Below are positions 31,532-40,836 of a stretch of DNA of 64,000 bases, in pieces (within the stretch, counting starts at the first letter, position 1; the number at the start of each line of letters is the position of its first letter). The translations under genes and the position numbers were made by a program. The DNA is from Candidatus Latescibacterota bacterium (GTDB taxonomy: Bacteria > Latescibacterota > UBA2968 > UBA8231). The stretch covers positions 3,168,001 to 3,232,000 of the forward strand of contig OZ252098.1 of assembly GCA_965248355.1 (NCBI GenBank), read 5' to 3'. A model generated the notes under the pieces. The model searched no databases, was not told the origin of the DNA, and was given only the letters and a program-made list of their open reading frames with translations.

Positions 31532-33163
31532 TCAGTAGGTGACATCGACTCCCCGTGCTCTCAGGGCGGGGATCTGTTCGTTGATGGCCTGGTCACTGAG
31601 GGGGTTGCCTTTCAAGTCTATGTCAGCACGGAAGTCCATGTTGGCGACCAAAGAAGGGCTTATGTCCGTGATCCGGTTGTATCTCAGGTTCAGCCATCCC
31701 AAATTGGTTAGCGAAGCCAGAGCACTAAAGTCGGTGATCTGGTTCCCTCCCAAATAAAGCTGCCACAGGTTGGGCACGGAGGCTAGCGCCGCAATATCGC
31801 TAATCTCGTTATTCAGCAAGTAAAGCGTGCTCAGATTCAGGGAAGCCAAGGGGCCGACATCCGAAATCTGGTTGTTGCTCAAAGCCAAGTCATGTAGACG
31901 GACCAACGAGGCAAGGCTGCTCACATCCACGATCTGGTTGTGGCTCAGTTCCAGCTCTGCCAGGTTGGTCAGGGACGCCAGCCCGCTCACATCCACGATC
32001 TGGTTGTAGTTCAGGACCAGCCCTTCCAAGTTGGTCAGAGACGCCAGCGCACTCACATCGACGATCTGGTTTTCTTCCATCTTCAACCGGCGTAGCTTGG
32101 TCAGGGAAGCCAGCGGGCTCACATCAACGATCTGGTTTCCTTCCATCAGTAGCTGCTGTAGCTTGGTCAGGGAAGCCAGCGGGCTCACATCCACAATCTG
32201 GTTGTTGATCAGCACCAGCCTATCCAGGTTGGTCAGGGAAGCCAGCGGGCTCACATCCACAATCTGGTTGTAGGTCAGCACCAGCCTTTCCAAATTGGTA
32301 AAGTGCTCGAGACCAGCCAAACTCAGAATATCGCCCTCCGCCTGATTGTTCTGCAGGTTAGAGAGAGATGCAATCTCCTCCGGCGCAATTCTTCCTTTCC
32401 ACCGGCCCAAGGCACCCCTGACTGACCGTTCCAGTGGTTCATCCTCGAACAAACTGGTGTAGAGAATGACATTGTTGCTGCCTCGGTGTGCGAGTGCTCC
32501 GAAGATAGGATTGTCTGCGAGCGATGCAGTCTCAGGCTGATGCCTCTGTTGCAGGTGCGTCACTAGCTTTCCCATGTCCCTGAAGTTGTCCAGATCAACA
32601 AAGGCGGCGGCATCATCGAGTTTGACCACGACCCGTCCGGCCTGAGCTTGCCACCGTTCCCGAAGAAAGGTCTCAACTGCTCCCCAGCCGACGAGCCGGC
32701 TTGACTCGAGCCACGGTTCGACGCTCCGATCGATCTGCCAGTTGATGGAGGCCATCCCCGTCGGCAAGTCGGCCGGTTCGGTGGATCTGAGCGAAAGGCT
32801 CAGGGGTCGGCCCCAGGGGATGGGGTCCGTCCATAACAGCGTCTCCTCACGCACACCGGAGGGATCGACACACCGAATGGCCACCAAGCGGCCGTAGGGC
32901 AGGCCCTCATATTCTATCTGGATGCCGGCCAGCGCCTGCCCGGCTTCATCCACCAGCTCCACCCACAGGCCGCGGGGGAACCTCGGTGACTCGATCAGCA
33001 CCCGGCCGGCGGCATCGCTCACCGCCTGCGCGCGGCCGGTGCTGTCGGTACCGGCGGCATAGGGGAACTCCGTCTGCGCCGCCGTGGCGGTGGCGGTCAG
33101 GGACAGAAAAACTCCGGCTTGAAGGAGGGACAGGAGAGGGCGGGGCAGGGCGGGGCTGGCCAT
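31532..33163 (-). CDS. Secreted leucine-rich repeat (internalin-like) protein
   Basis: Signal-like N-terminus; about ten 22-aa LRRs (LxxLxLxxNQIVDVSPLASLTN); LKGNPL cap; start inferred. Confidence 0.85.
   Translation of the reverse strand: MASPALPRPLLSLLQAGVFLSLTATATAAQTEFPYAAGTDSTGRAQAVSDAAGRVLIESPRFPRGLWVELVDEAGQALAGIQIEYEGLPYGRLVAIRCVDPSGVREETLLWTDPIPWGRPLSLSLRSTEPADLPTGMASINWQIDRSVEPWLESSRLVGWGAVETFLRERWQAQAGRVVVKLDDAAAFVDLDNFRDMGKLVTHLQQRHQPETASLADNPIFGALAHRGSNNVILYTSLFEDEPLERSVRGALGRWKGRIAPEEIASLSNLQNNQAEGDILSLAGLEHFTNLERLVLTYNQIVDVSPLASLTNLDRLVLINNQIVDVSPLASLTKLQQLLMEGNQIVDVSPLASLTKLRRLKMEENQIVDVSALASLTNLEGLVLNYNQIVDVSGLASLTNLAELELSHNQIVDVSSLASLVRLHDLALSNNQISDVGPLASLNLSTLYLLNNEISDIAALASVPNLWQLYLGGNQITDFSALASLTNLGWLNLRYNRITDISPSLVANMDFRADIDLKGNPLSDQAINEQIPALRARGVDVTY
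31660..32330 (-). repeat. 66-bp tandem repeats encoding LRRs
   Basis: Recurrent ACATCCACnATCTGGTT / GGTCAGGGAAGCCAGC at about 66-bp period. Confidence 0.85.
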
Positions 33164-33384
33164 GGGGCTGTGCCAGGACAGAGGTGGCTCTCCGGCTTGT
33201 CGGCTCGGGGACAGGTGCCTGAGAGCTCGGCGCCGCGAGTCTTCAACGATGAACATACCCTCCCGGTCCGTGCCCTGACAAGCGCATGCGCCCACGCTCG
33301 AAGGCCGCCTCGCCGCCCCCTTGGGACCGCGACGGCAGCTACGCCTGGTTGCCCGGCGATCCTCCTGCGAGCATCTTGCCTGCC

Positions 33385-34428
33385 ATGGCCCAGAATCCCG
33401 CCACCGACAGCGGAGCCCTGTCCAGCGCCGCCGAGCGTGCCGCCGCATGGCTGACGTCACAGATCGACGCCGACGGCTGCATCGACGGGAGTCGCGCCCC
33501 GGGGCTCTACTTCAAGGTGCCCTCCGCCCTGGCGCTGAACGGCCGGAGGGGACCGGCGTCCCTCGTCCTCGACTGGATCGCCGGGCACCTGCTGGCGGCC
33601 GACGGCACCCTCAGGCTGCCTGACGAGGTCGACCGCTCCCGCCCGGTGAACACCTACGACCGCGGCTGGCTGGCCTGGGGGGCGGCGCTCTGCGAGCGCC
33701 ATGACCTGCAGCAGGCCCTGGCCGATGACCTGACCGCTTACCAGGACCGCCGCACCGGCGGCTTCTGGGATTCCGCGGAAGCGCGGGCCTCGGGGGCGGG
33801 ACTACAGGGGGCGATGACCGCCGGCATGGCGGGGCTGGGGCTGCTGGCGGCGGGGCGCATCGAGCCGGCGCGAGGGGCCGCGCGGTTCCTGGAGGAGCTG
33901 TGGACCGGACAGGCGGACCCTGCGGTGGGCTTGGACTCCAACCGGCAGCTCAGCCCTGACTGGGATGGACGCGGCGGCGGCGCTCCCCCCTTCTTCCGCG
34001 AGCGCACCTCACGCCACTACGTCGACCTGAACGGTGCGGCGCAGCGGCCGGCCCGGTTCGGACCCGCCATGGCGCTGCTGGTGAGGCTCCATCGCCTGAC
34101 CGGTGATCCCGCTCACCTCGCCTGCGCCCGACGGTATGCCGATCTCTTCCTGGCCCGGGACGAGCTGTATCTCTGCGTGGAGTGTCACAAGTACCTGTGG
34201 GGGCTCGCCGAGCTTCAGCAGGTCGCGCCCACCACCGCATACAAGGATGCCGCCGAGAAGTGCGCGGCTTACCTCGTGGCGGCGCAGCAGGCGGACGGGA
34301 GTTGGCTTCCGGAGGCGTCTTCGGAGGGCGGTGAACCGAGCTTCGAGCTGGTCCTCAACACCGTGGGCAACGCGCTCGTCGGTCTCGCCTGTTACCGCAT
34401 CAACCTGGCGCGCGATCGGGACCGCTGA
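33385..34428 (+). CDS. Hypothetical protein, probable alpha/alpha-toroid (prenyltransferase/squalene cyclase repeat-like)
   Basis: AAAWLTSQIDADG and YLVAAQQADGSW QW-like repeats. Confidence 0.6.
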   Translation: MAQNPATDSGALSSAAERAAAWLTSQIDADGCIDGSRAPGLYFKVPSALALNGRRGPASLVLDWIAGHLLAADGTLRLPDEVDRSRPVNTYDRGWLAWGAALCERHDLQQALADDLTAYQDRRTGGFWDSAEARASGAGLQGAMTAGMAGLGLLAAGRIEPARGAARFLEELWTGQADPAVGLDSNRQLSPDWDGRGGGAPPFFRERTSRHYVDLNGAAQRPARFGPAMALLVRLHRLTGDPAHLACARRYADLFLARDELYLCVECHKYLWGLAELQQVAPTTAYKDAAEKCAAYLVAAQQADGSWLPEASSEGGEPSFELVLNTVGNALVGLACYRINLARDRDR

Positions 34429-34470
34429 CGCGGGCCTGCGGATCCTCCATCGACTGACGGGTCTCCGCGG

Positions 34471-35409
34471 TTACCACGGCGTGGCGATGGACAGCTCCTC
34501 CGCCACTTCCTCGAGCCCCTCGACCGCCCCCGCCGAGATCGGCACGCCGTCCCTGCGGTACTCCGTCTCCCTCTCCAGCTCCTTGCCGCCGGGCAGGTAG
34601 GACTCGCTGAAGCCGGGCAGCGGCTTCATGCGGCCGGCCTCGTCCATCAGGTGGTCCATGTCGGCCTTGAAGGCTCCGAGGTCGGAGAACCGGTCCACGT
34701 CGATGGCGAGGAAGAAGCCCGACTGATCGGCGCCCGTGAACTCGACGTGGCCCCGTGAGAACTCCGGCAGCATCTGCCCGCCGAGCGCGCCCGAGAGGAT
34801 GTTGCCCACATGCGCGATGCCGAGGGCTTTTATGAAAACCGGAGGGCACTTCAGAAATGTGTCATCGTCGATCACGAAGTGGCTGGCGAAGTCGAGGAGG
34901 AAGGCCGGTCCTCCCTCGCCGGCGGGCATGCCGAAGGCCAAGGGCGGGCTGCCCTGGATGGAGCCGCGGATCGTCTGCTCGCGGTCGTAGTGGTCGGCGG
35001 CGTTGCGGCCGGAAGTGCAGATGCCGATCAGATCCTGGCGCATGGCCATGCGCGAGTAGATCCCCGCGCTGCCGAGGTGACCGTGATACGTGGAGGTGAC
35101 CGCGCCGATGCCGAGGTCCCGAGCCCTGACGATGGCCATCTCCATGGCCCGGACAGCGACGAGATATCCCAGGCCGCCGTCGCCGGTGAGAGCGGCCGTG
35201 GCCGGACCTTCCTTGAGCACCCGGATCCGGGGGCTCGGGTTCACGGAGCCGTCCTGGAAGGAGCGGACGTAGCGGTTGACCTGCTGCACGCCGTGGCTGA
35301 CGACGCCGCGCAGGTCCTCCGGGATCGGCACCGCCTTGAAGATCTCGACGACCAGTTCCTCGAGGTCGGAGACGGCGACCCGGACGCCGTCGGTGGGAGG
35401 TACGTTCAT
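34471..35409 (-). CDS. Ldh_2 family oxidoreductase with an apparent 13-aa in-frame deletion
   Basis: DLRGVVSHG, GHLGSAG, YLPGGKE; helix before DLRG missing relative to the paralog at 24380. Confidence 0.8.
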   Translation of the reverse strand: MNVPPTDGVRVAVSDLEELVVEIFKAVPIPEDLRGVVSHGVQQVNRYVRSFQDGSVNPSPRIRVLKEGPATAALTGDGGLGYLVAVRAMEMAIVRARDLGIGAVTSTYHGHLGSAGIYSRMAMRQDLIGICTSGRNAADHYDREQTIRGSIQGSPPLAFGMPAGEGGPAFLLDFASHFVIDDDTFLKCPPVFIKALGIAHVGNILSGALGGQMLPEFSRGHVEFTGADQSGFFLAIDVDRFSDLGAFKADMDHLMDEAGRMKPLPGFSESYLPGGKELERETEYRRDGVPISAGAVEGLEEVAEELSIATPW

Positions 35410-35420
35410 GGCGGGGACCC

Positions 35421-36695
35421 CTACTTCTTCTTCCGCTTCTTCCCGCCCTCCTGCCGCCGCAAGGTGCGGCCGTCGCGCACCGCCTGCCAGATCTCCTCGA
35501 ACTCCTTCGAGCCGTCGTCCTCCACGGGCACGCACTCCGACCCCGCCTCGCTCACGGGCATGGCCAGGCCGGGGTAGACGCGGGTCAGGTCCTGCTTGCT
35601 GCATCCGAACCAGGTGACCTCGCCGTTGGCCCTGGCGTACCGGTAGACGTGCCGGGGGGGATCGAGCCAGGCGTAGTCGACGGCGTACTTCTCGACGAGT
35701 CCCTCGTCCAGCTCGATGCCGAGGCCGGGCCCGTCCGGCACCCGGTGATAGCCGCCGCGCAGCTCGATGGCGGTTCGGATGAGCTGCTCCTTCCAGATGT
35801 TCATGCAGGTGATGGCCGGCCACTTGGCCTCGGGGCAGACGGCGCCGAGGTGGGCGGCCCAGGTGGTGGTGATGCCGGTGCCCACGAGCTGCAGCCAGAA
35901 GGGCTTGTTGGCGGAGTGGGTGATGTCCGACTCGGAGCGGATCTGGCTGGCGCCGCCGGAGACGACGAAGCCGTCGGTCACGTCCTCGGCCAGGGCGGTC
36001 TCGATCGGCGGCTGGCCGAAGTGCATGGCCACGGCCCGGTCGAGGCGCCGGCGGATCTGCTTGTTGCCGGCCACGTCGCCCTGGGGGATGGGGCTCTCGA
36101 TCATGGCGATCTGCTCGTACTGCTCAAGCGACTTGAGATGCTCCACGGCGTTGGAGCTGTTGTCCAGGGTCGAGTTGTAGTCGAGGTCGAGGCGGAACTG
36201 GGGCGGCACCACCTCGAGGATGGCCCGGATCCCGGCGTGCATGTCGTACCAGGTACGCGCCTTGAGCTTGGCCGACATGTACCCGCCCTTCACCGCGTCG
36301 CGGCACTGGCGCGCCCATTCCCGAGGGGGCATGTCCATGGCCCACCACGACAGGGGCACGTAGTCGCGCACCCGGGAACCCAGGAGCTGGTGGACGGGCA
36401 AGCCCTCGTGCTTGCCCACCGCGTCGAATAGCGCCATCTGCACGCCGGCGCCGAGGTCGTCCTCCCACAGCAGCTCCGCCGCCTCGAAGCCCACGACGCG
36501 CTCCTCGATCCCCTCGGGCACCTTGGCCCACGTGTAGTTGGGGATCGTCTCCCCCAAACCGACGACGCCGTTGCTCATGGTGAGCCGGCAGATCTGCACG
36601 ATGCGCCAGTGGGGGAGCCAGTACCGCAGGTGCTGTCCGCTGTGCTTCGTGAAGGGGATGTCGAGAAAGGTCAGCTCGACGGATTGGACTTTCAC
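35421..36695 (-). CDS. Mandelate racemase/muconate lactonizing enzyme (enolase superfamily)
   Basis: GLGE, MALFDAVGK, KLK, LDYN, IESP, PDGPGLGI; GTG start overlapping the upstream stop. Confidence 0.88.
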   Translation of the reverse strand: MKVQSVELTFLDIPFTKHSGQHLRYWLPHWRIVQICRLTMSNGVVGLGETIPNYTWAKVPEGIEERVVGFEAAELLWEDDLGAGVQMALFDAVGKHEGLPVHQLLGSRVRDYVPLSWWAMDMPPREWARQCRDAVKGGYMSAKLKARTWYDMHAGIRAILEVVPPQFRLDLDYNSTLDNSSNAVEHLKSLEQYEQIAMIESPIPQGDVAGNKQIRRRLDRAVAMHFGQPPIETALAEDVTDGFVVSGGASQIRSESDITHSANKPFWLQLVGTGITTTWAAHLGAVCPEAKWPAITCMNIWKEQLIRTAIELRGGYHRVPDGPGLGIELDEGLVEKYAVDYAWLDPPRHVYRYARANGEVTWFGCSKQDLTRVYPGLAMPVSEAGSECVPVEDDGSKEFEEIWQAVRDGRTLRRQEGGKKRKKK

Positions 36696-38575
36696 GGTTG
36701 GTCTCCCTTGCGCACGGGCAGCTCGAGGAAGCTGGCCGACGCGCGGTCGTGGTGGATGGAGTGGGTCGCCTTCCGGAAGTCCTCGGGCCGGGCCCAGGCG
36801 ACCTGGTCGACGAAGGTCTGCGGGTTGCGGTCGCAGACCGGGAACCACGAGCTCTGCACGTGCACCATGATGCGGTGACCGGGCCGGAAGGTGTGGTTCA
36901 CGTGGGGCATGAGGACGCGATAGGGCAGCACCTGCCCGGGCGGAATCGGCGCCGCCTTCTCGAAGCTCTCGCGGTAGCGGCCCCGCAGGATGTCCCCGGA
37001 GATCATCAGCTGGTAGCCGCCCATGTCCCGGTCCCCCGGGACCTCGTCGGGGTAGAGGTCGATGAGCTTGACGACCCAGTCGGCGTCGGTCCCCGTGGTC
37101 GCGGCGAAGAGGGTGGCTGAGGGCTCGCCGCACAGCGTGAGTGGTTCCCGCAGGGTCTCGCTGACGAAGACGAGCACGTCGGTGCGGTCGGAGAAGGGCC
37201 GCTGATCGTCCACCAGCCACCGGAACCAGTTGCCTTCCCCGGCGAAGGGCGGGATGATCGGGCGCACCCGGTAGGGCACCGGCTTGGCCGGGTCCGAGAC
37301 GTACTCCGTGCGGCTCTCCCCGCCTTCGGGTACCTCGAAGGAGAGGCCGCCCTCCGGCTGCAGGTAAAGACGCCGGGCCTCGGTCTCCCTCACCGGCGGC
37401 CAGCTCCGGTAGCGCCGCCAGCGGTTGGTCCCGGTCTCGAAGGCCAGCACCCGCGGCAGCGGCTCGGCCGGCCTCTTCCTCTTGAGATGGTGGTCCCAGA
37501 AGGGCTTGAGCATGTCGCGGCGGAAGCGCAGGCAGGTGTCCTCCCCCCACTTGAGGCTCCCGAGCTCGGAGCCCTCGCCCCAGGTCTGGGCGTGGGACCA
37601 GGGCCCGATGACCAGGTGCGTGCGCGCGCCCCGGGGGTCGTTGCGGGCCATCGCCGCGTGGCTGAGCACGGCCCCGTAGAGGTCCTCGGCGTCGAAGAGG
37701 CTGTGCACGCTGAGCACGGGCACCCGCCGCGGCGCCCGGGCCAGGTGCTCCTGCAGGGCCTGGTCGCGCCAGTAGTCGTCGTAGGCGGGGTGCGCCAGCA
37801 GGCGCTTCCAGGCCGGCAGCCGGTCGGCCCCGTAGCGCCGGCCCAGCTCGCCGATGGAACCGGCCTCGAGCACCGCCTGGTAGTGGTCGCGGTAGCCCCA
37901 GGGGATGGAGTGGCTGGCGTTCTTGGTCGAGGTCTGGCGGTAGACGTACTGGAGCATGACGGTGCGGAACGCCCCGTGCCGGTAGAAGTCGTCGCCGAGC
38001 CAGGAGTCGACCATGGAGTTGACGGGGACCGCCGCCTTCAACGCCGGGTGGGGGTCGATGAGAGCCATAAGGGTGAGGAGGCCATCGTAGGAGGTGCCGG
38101 TGATGCCGGCGCGGCCGTTGTTTCCTTCCACGTTCTCCACCAGCCACTCCACCGTGTCCCAGGCGTCGGTGACCTGGTCGACCTCGCCCTCGTTGAAGGG
38201 CCCGCGCACCGGCATGGTCATGGTGTACTTCCCCTTGGAGCCGAAGCGGCCGCGCACGTCCTGGTAGACGCGGATGTAGCCGTCGCGCACGAGGTCCTCG
38301 TCGGCCGCGGGCAGCACCATGGCGATGTCGGGGCTGTGGCGGCCCTCGGCGCGAGCCTTGGCGTTGTAGGGCGTGCGCGTCAGCACGATCGGCATCTTCC
38401 CCGAGGCGCCTTCGGGGATCATGATGAGCGTGAAGAGCTTCACGCCGTCGCGCATGGGCACCATCGACTCCACGCGCTTGTGGTTGAACTCCCCCGTCCT
38501 CGTCTCGAAGGTGCGGGGTATGTCCCCTCTGCGGGTCACGTCCCGCGACCGGGATCGGCTCATGCGTTTGGCCAT
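36692..38575 (-). CDS. CocE/NonD family hydrolase (alpha-amino acid ester hydrolase-like)
   Basis: PMRDGVKL, RTPY, QDVRG, GTSYDG, GPWSH, QSSWFP..DRNPQ. Confidence 0.92.
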   Translation of the reverse strand: MAKRMSRSRSRDVTRRGDIPRTFETRTGEFNHKRVESMVPMRDGVKLFTLIMIPEGASGKMPIVLTRTPYNAKARAEGRHSPDIAMVLPAADEDLVRDGYIRVYQDVRGRFGSKGKYTMTMPVRGPFNEGEVDQVTDAWDTVEWLVENVEGNNGRAGITGTSYDGLLTLMALIDPHPALKAAVPVNSMVDSWLGDDFYRHGAFRTVMLQYVYRQTSTKNASHSIPWGYRDHYQAVLEAGSIGELGRRYGADRLPAWKRLLAHPAYDDYWRDQALQEHLARAPRRVPVLSVHSLFDAEDLYGAVLSHAAMARNDPRGARTHLVIGPWSHAQTWGEGSELGSLKWGEDTCLRFRRDMLKPFWDHHLKRKRPAEPLPRVLAFETGTNRWRRYRSWPPVRETEARRLYLQPEGGLSFEVPEGGESRTEYVSDPAKPVPYRVRPIIPPFAGEGNWFRWLVDDQRPFSDRTDVLVFVSETLREPLTLCGEPSATLFAATTGTDADWVVKLIDLYPDEVPGDRDMGGYQLMISGDILRGRYRESFEKAAPIPPGQVLPYRVLMPHVNHTFRPGHRIMVHVQSSWFPVCDRNPQTFVDQVAWARPEDFRKATHSIHHDRASASFLELPVRKGDQP

Positions 38576-38691
38576 GCTCTCCGTCCTCCGTGTGGTCCTG
38601 AAAGAGGGCGGTCATTCTAGGCGCTGGCCCCCGCGCCCGCCACGAGGGGCCGAGGTCGCCGGACCTGCCCCGGGAGGGTAGCTTTGCCGCC

Positions 38692-40836
38692 ATGGAGATC
38701 CGCGAGCTGGCCGAGGCCGTCCTCTTCGGCGACACCCTGAAGCACAAGCTCACCCCCGCCGGCCGCCTGACCGACGAGCGTCCGGGCCCCCCGGTGAAGT
38801 CCCCCGACGCCCCGGGCCGGCCGCCGGAGCTGGCCCTGGACCGCTGGAGCGAGACCGGCCGCGTCGCCTTTCAGGAGGTGCGCTCCCTGGAACGCGACGA
38901 GGACCGCGGCCTCGTGCTGCACTTCTTCGCCAACCACGAGCTGATGGCGGCGGAGCTGATGGCCCTGGTGCTGCTGAAGTTCCCCGATGCGCCGGCCCGG
39001 TTCCGCCGCGGCGTGGCCCGCACCCTGCTCGACGAGCAGGAGCACCTGCGTCTCTACCTGGAGCGCATGGGCGGCGCCGGCGTGGCCTTCGGCCAGATTC
39101 CCGTGAGCGATTTCTTCTGGCGCGCCATCGCCCCCATGCCGACGCCCCTGGACTTCGTCACCCGCCTGAGCCTGACCCTGGAGCAGGCCAACCTCGACTA
39201 CGCCCCTCACTACCAGCGGCTCTTCGACGAGCTGGGCGACGCCGGCACGGCGGCCCTCATGGAGCGCATCTACCGCGACGAGATCGGCCACGTGCGCCAC
39301 GGCCTGAACTGGTTCAACACCTGGCGCGCCCCGGGGCCGAGCGAGTGGGAGTCCTTCCGCCAGGCCCTCGGGTTCCCCCTGAGCCCGAGCCGGGCCAAGG
39401 GGATCGGCTTCAACCGGGAGGGCCGGCTGCAGGCGGGCTTGCCCCGGGCCTTCGTCGACGAGCTGGAGCTCTTCGTGCGTTCCCACGGCCGCTGCCCCCG
39501 GCTCCACTGGTTCAACCCCCTGTGCGATCTGGCCGCCGGCCGGGGCGCCCCCTTCACGCCGCCGGCGGCGCTCCGGGACCTGTCCAGCGACCTGGCGCTG
39601 CTCCCCGCCCTGCTGGCCGCCCCCGACGACGTGGTGGTCGTCCCCGAGCGGCCGTCTCTAACCTTCCTGCAGGAGCTGCGGGCGGCGGGCCTGCCGGTTC
39701 CGGAGCTGGTGGAGTGGGACCCGGCGGCGGAGGCGGTGCCGGAAGCCCTGGACGGGCGCCGGCTGACCGGGCTGCGGCCCTGGGGCTGGGCGCCGGACAG
39801 CGTCGCCGCCCTCGGTCCGCTGGCCGGGCAGTTGCCCGCCGGCGAGCCGGTCCCGGAGAGCCTCTGGCACGAGGAGAGGCGGCAGCTCTACTCGAAGGCC
39901 TGGAGCGCCGGCTGGCTGACCGCGGTCCTCCCCGGCCTGCGGAAGGAGGAGGGGGACTGGCTCTGCGGGCCCGAGGTGGTGGGGGCGCCCTGCCGCACGG
40001 AGGCGCAGGTCGAGGCTGTGCTGGCCGATGGGTTCTCGGGAGGCTGGCGCCAGGGGGTGGTCAAGGCGGCCTTCGGCGCCGCCGGCGGGCGGCAGATCCT
40101 CGTCGACGTCCCCGACCTGCCGGAGCATCAGCGCCGCTGGCTGACGGCGGCGCTGCAGGAGGGCGGGACCGTGGTCGTCGAGTCGTGGCTCGACCGGGTC
40201 CTCGACCTCTCGGCCCAGTACGAGGTCGACGACGACGGCTCGGTCCGGCTGGTCGGAATCGCCCGGTTTCTCACCGGCGACAGCGGACGGTTCCAGGGAG
40301 TCGTGCTGCACGACCTCGCAGCCGGCCTGGATGAGGAGACGAGACGCTTCCTCTACGGCGACGGGCGCGACGGGCGCCGGCTGCAGCGCCTCTACAGACG
40401 GCTCGGCGAAGACCTGGGGCGGCGGTTACCGCCAGGGTACCACGGCCCCCTGGGCGTGGACGCCCTCGTGTACCGTGACGGGACGGAAGGCGGCCTGCGG
40501 CTGAAGCCGGTGGTGGAGCTGAACCCGCGGCTGACCATGGGGCGGGTGGGTCTGGCCCTGGAGAAGCGGGTCCTGGCCTCCCGGTCCGCCGTCTGGCGCC
40601 TGTGGCGCCTGAAGGACCTGAGGGCCGCCGGCCATGCCTCGGCCGCGGCCTGGGCGGACCGCCTGCGGGCGCGCCTGCCCCTGGAGATGTCCGGGGACGG
40701 CCGGCAGATCTCCCGCGGCGCCGTGTTCACCAACGATCCGGCCTCCGCGCGCGCCTTCATCGGCGTGCTGGCCGTGGACGGGCAGCCGCCCGCGGACGAC
40801 TTGCTCCTCGCGGCGCCGGATGCGGACCATGGCTGA
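38692..40836 (+). CDS. DUF455 ferritin-like diiron domain fused to an ATP-grasp-like domain
   Basis: ANHEL, DEQEH, LEQANLD, DEIGH; C-terminal VVKAAFGAAG, VVESW, GPLGVD, VELNPR. Confidence 0.8.
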   Translation: MEIRELAEAVLFGDTLKHKLTPAGRLTDERPGPPVKSPDAPGRPPELALDRWSETGRVAFQEVRSLERDEDRGLVLHFFANHELMAAELMALVLLKFPDAPARFRRGVARTLLDEQEHLRLYLERMGGAGVAFGQIPVSDFFWRAIAPMPTPLDFVTRLSLTLEQANLDYAPHYQRLFDELGDAGTAALMERIYRDEIGHVRHGLNWFNTWRAPGPSEWESFRQALGFPLSPSRAKGIGFNREGRLQAGLPRAFVDELELFVRSHGRCPRLHWFNPLCDLAAGRGAPFTPPAALRDLSSDLALLPALLAAPDDVVVVPERPSLTFLQELRAAGLPVPELVEWDPAAEAVPEALDGRRLTGLRPWGWAPDSVAALGPLAGQLPAGEPVPESLWHEERRQLYSKAWSAGWLTAVLPGLRKEEGDWLCGPEVVGAPCRTEAQVEAVLADGFSGGWRQGVVKAAFGAAGGRQILVDVPDLPEHQRRWLTAALQEGGTVVVESWLDRVLDLSAQYEVDDDGSVRLVGIARFLTGDSGRFQGVVLHDLAAGLDEETRRFLYGDGRDGRRLQRLYRRLGEDLGRRLPPGYHGPLGVDALVYRDGTEGGLRLKPVVELNPRLTMGRVGLALEKRVLASRSAVWRLWRLKDLRAAGHASAAAWADRLRARLPLEMSGDGRQISRGAVFTNDPASARAFIGVLAVDGQPPADDLLLAAPDADHG

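Noticed and set aside
31660..32330. 66-bp periodic repeats as a CRISPR array
   Set aside because: Repeats are in-frame LRR codons, degenerate, and there are no cas genes
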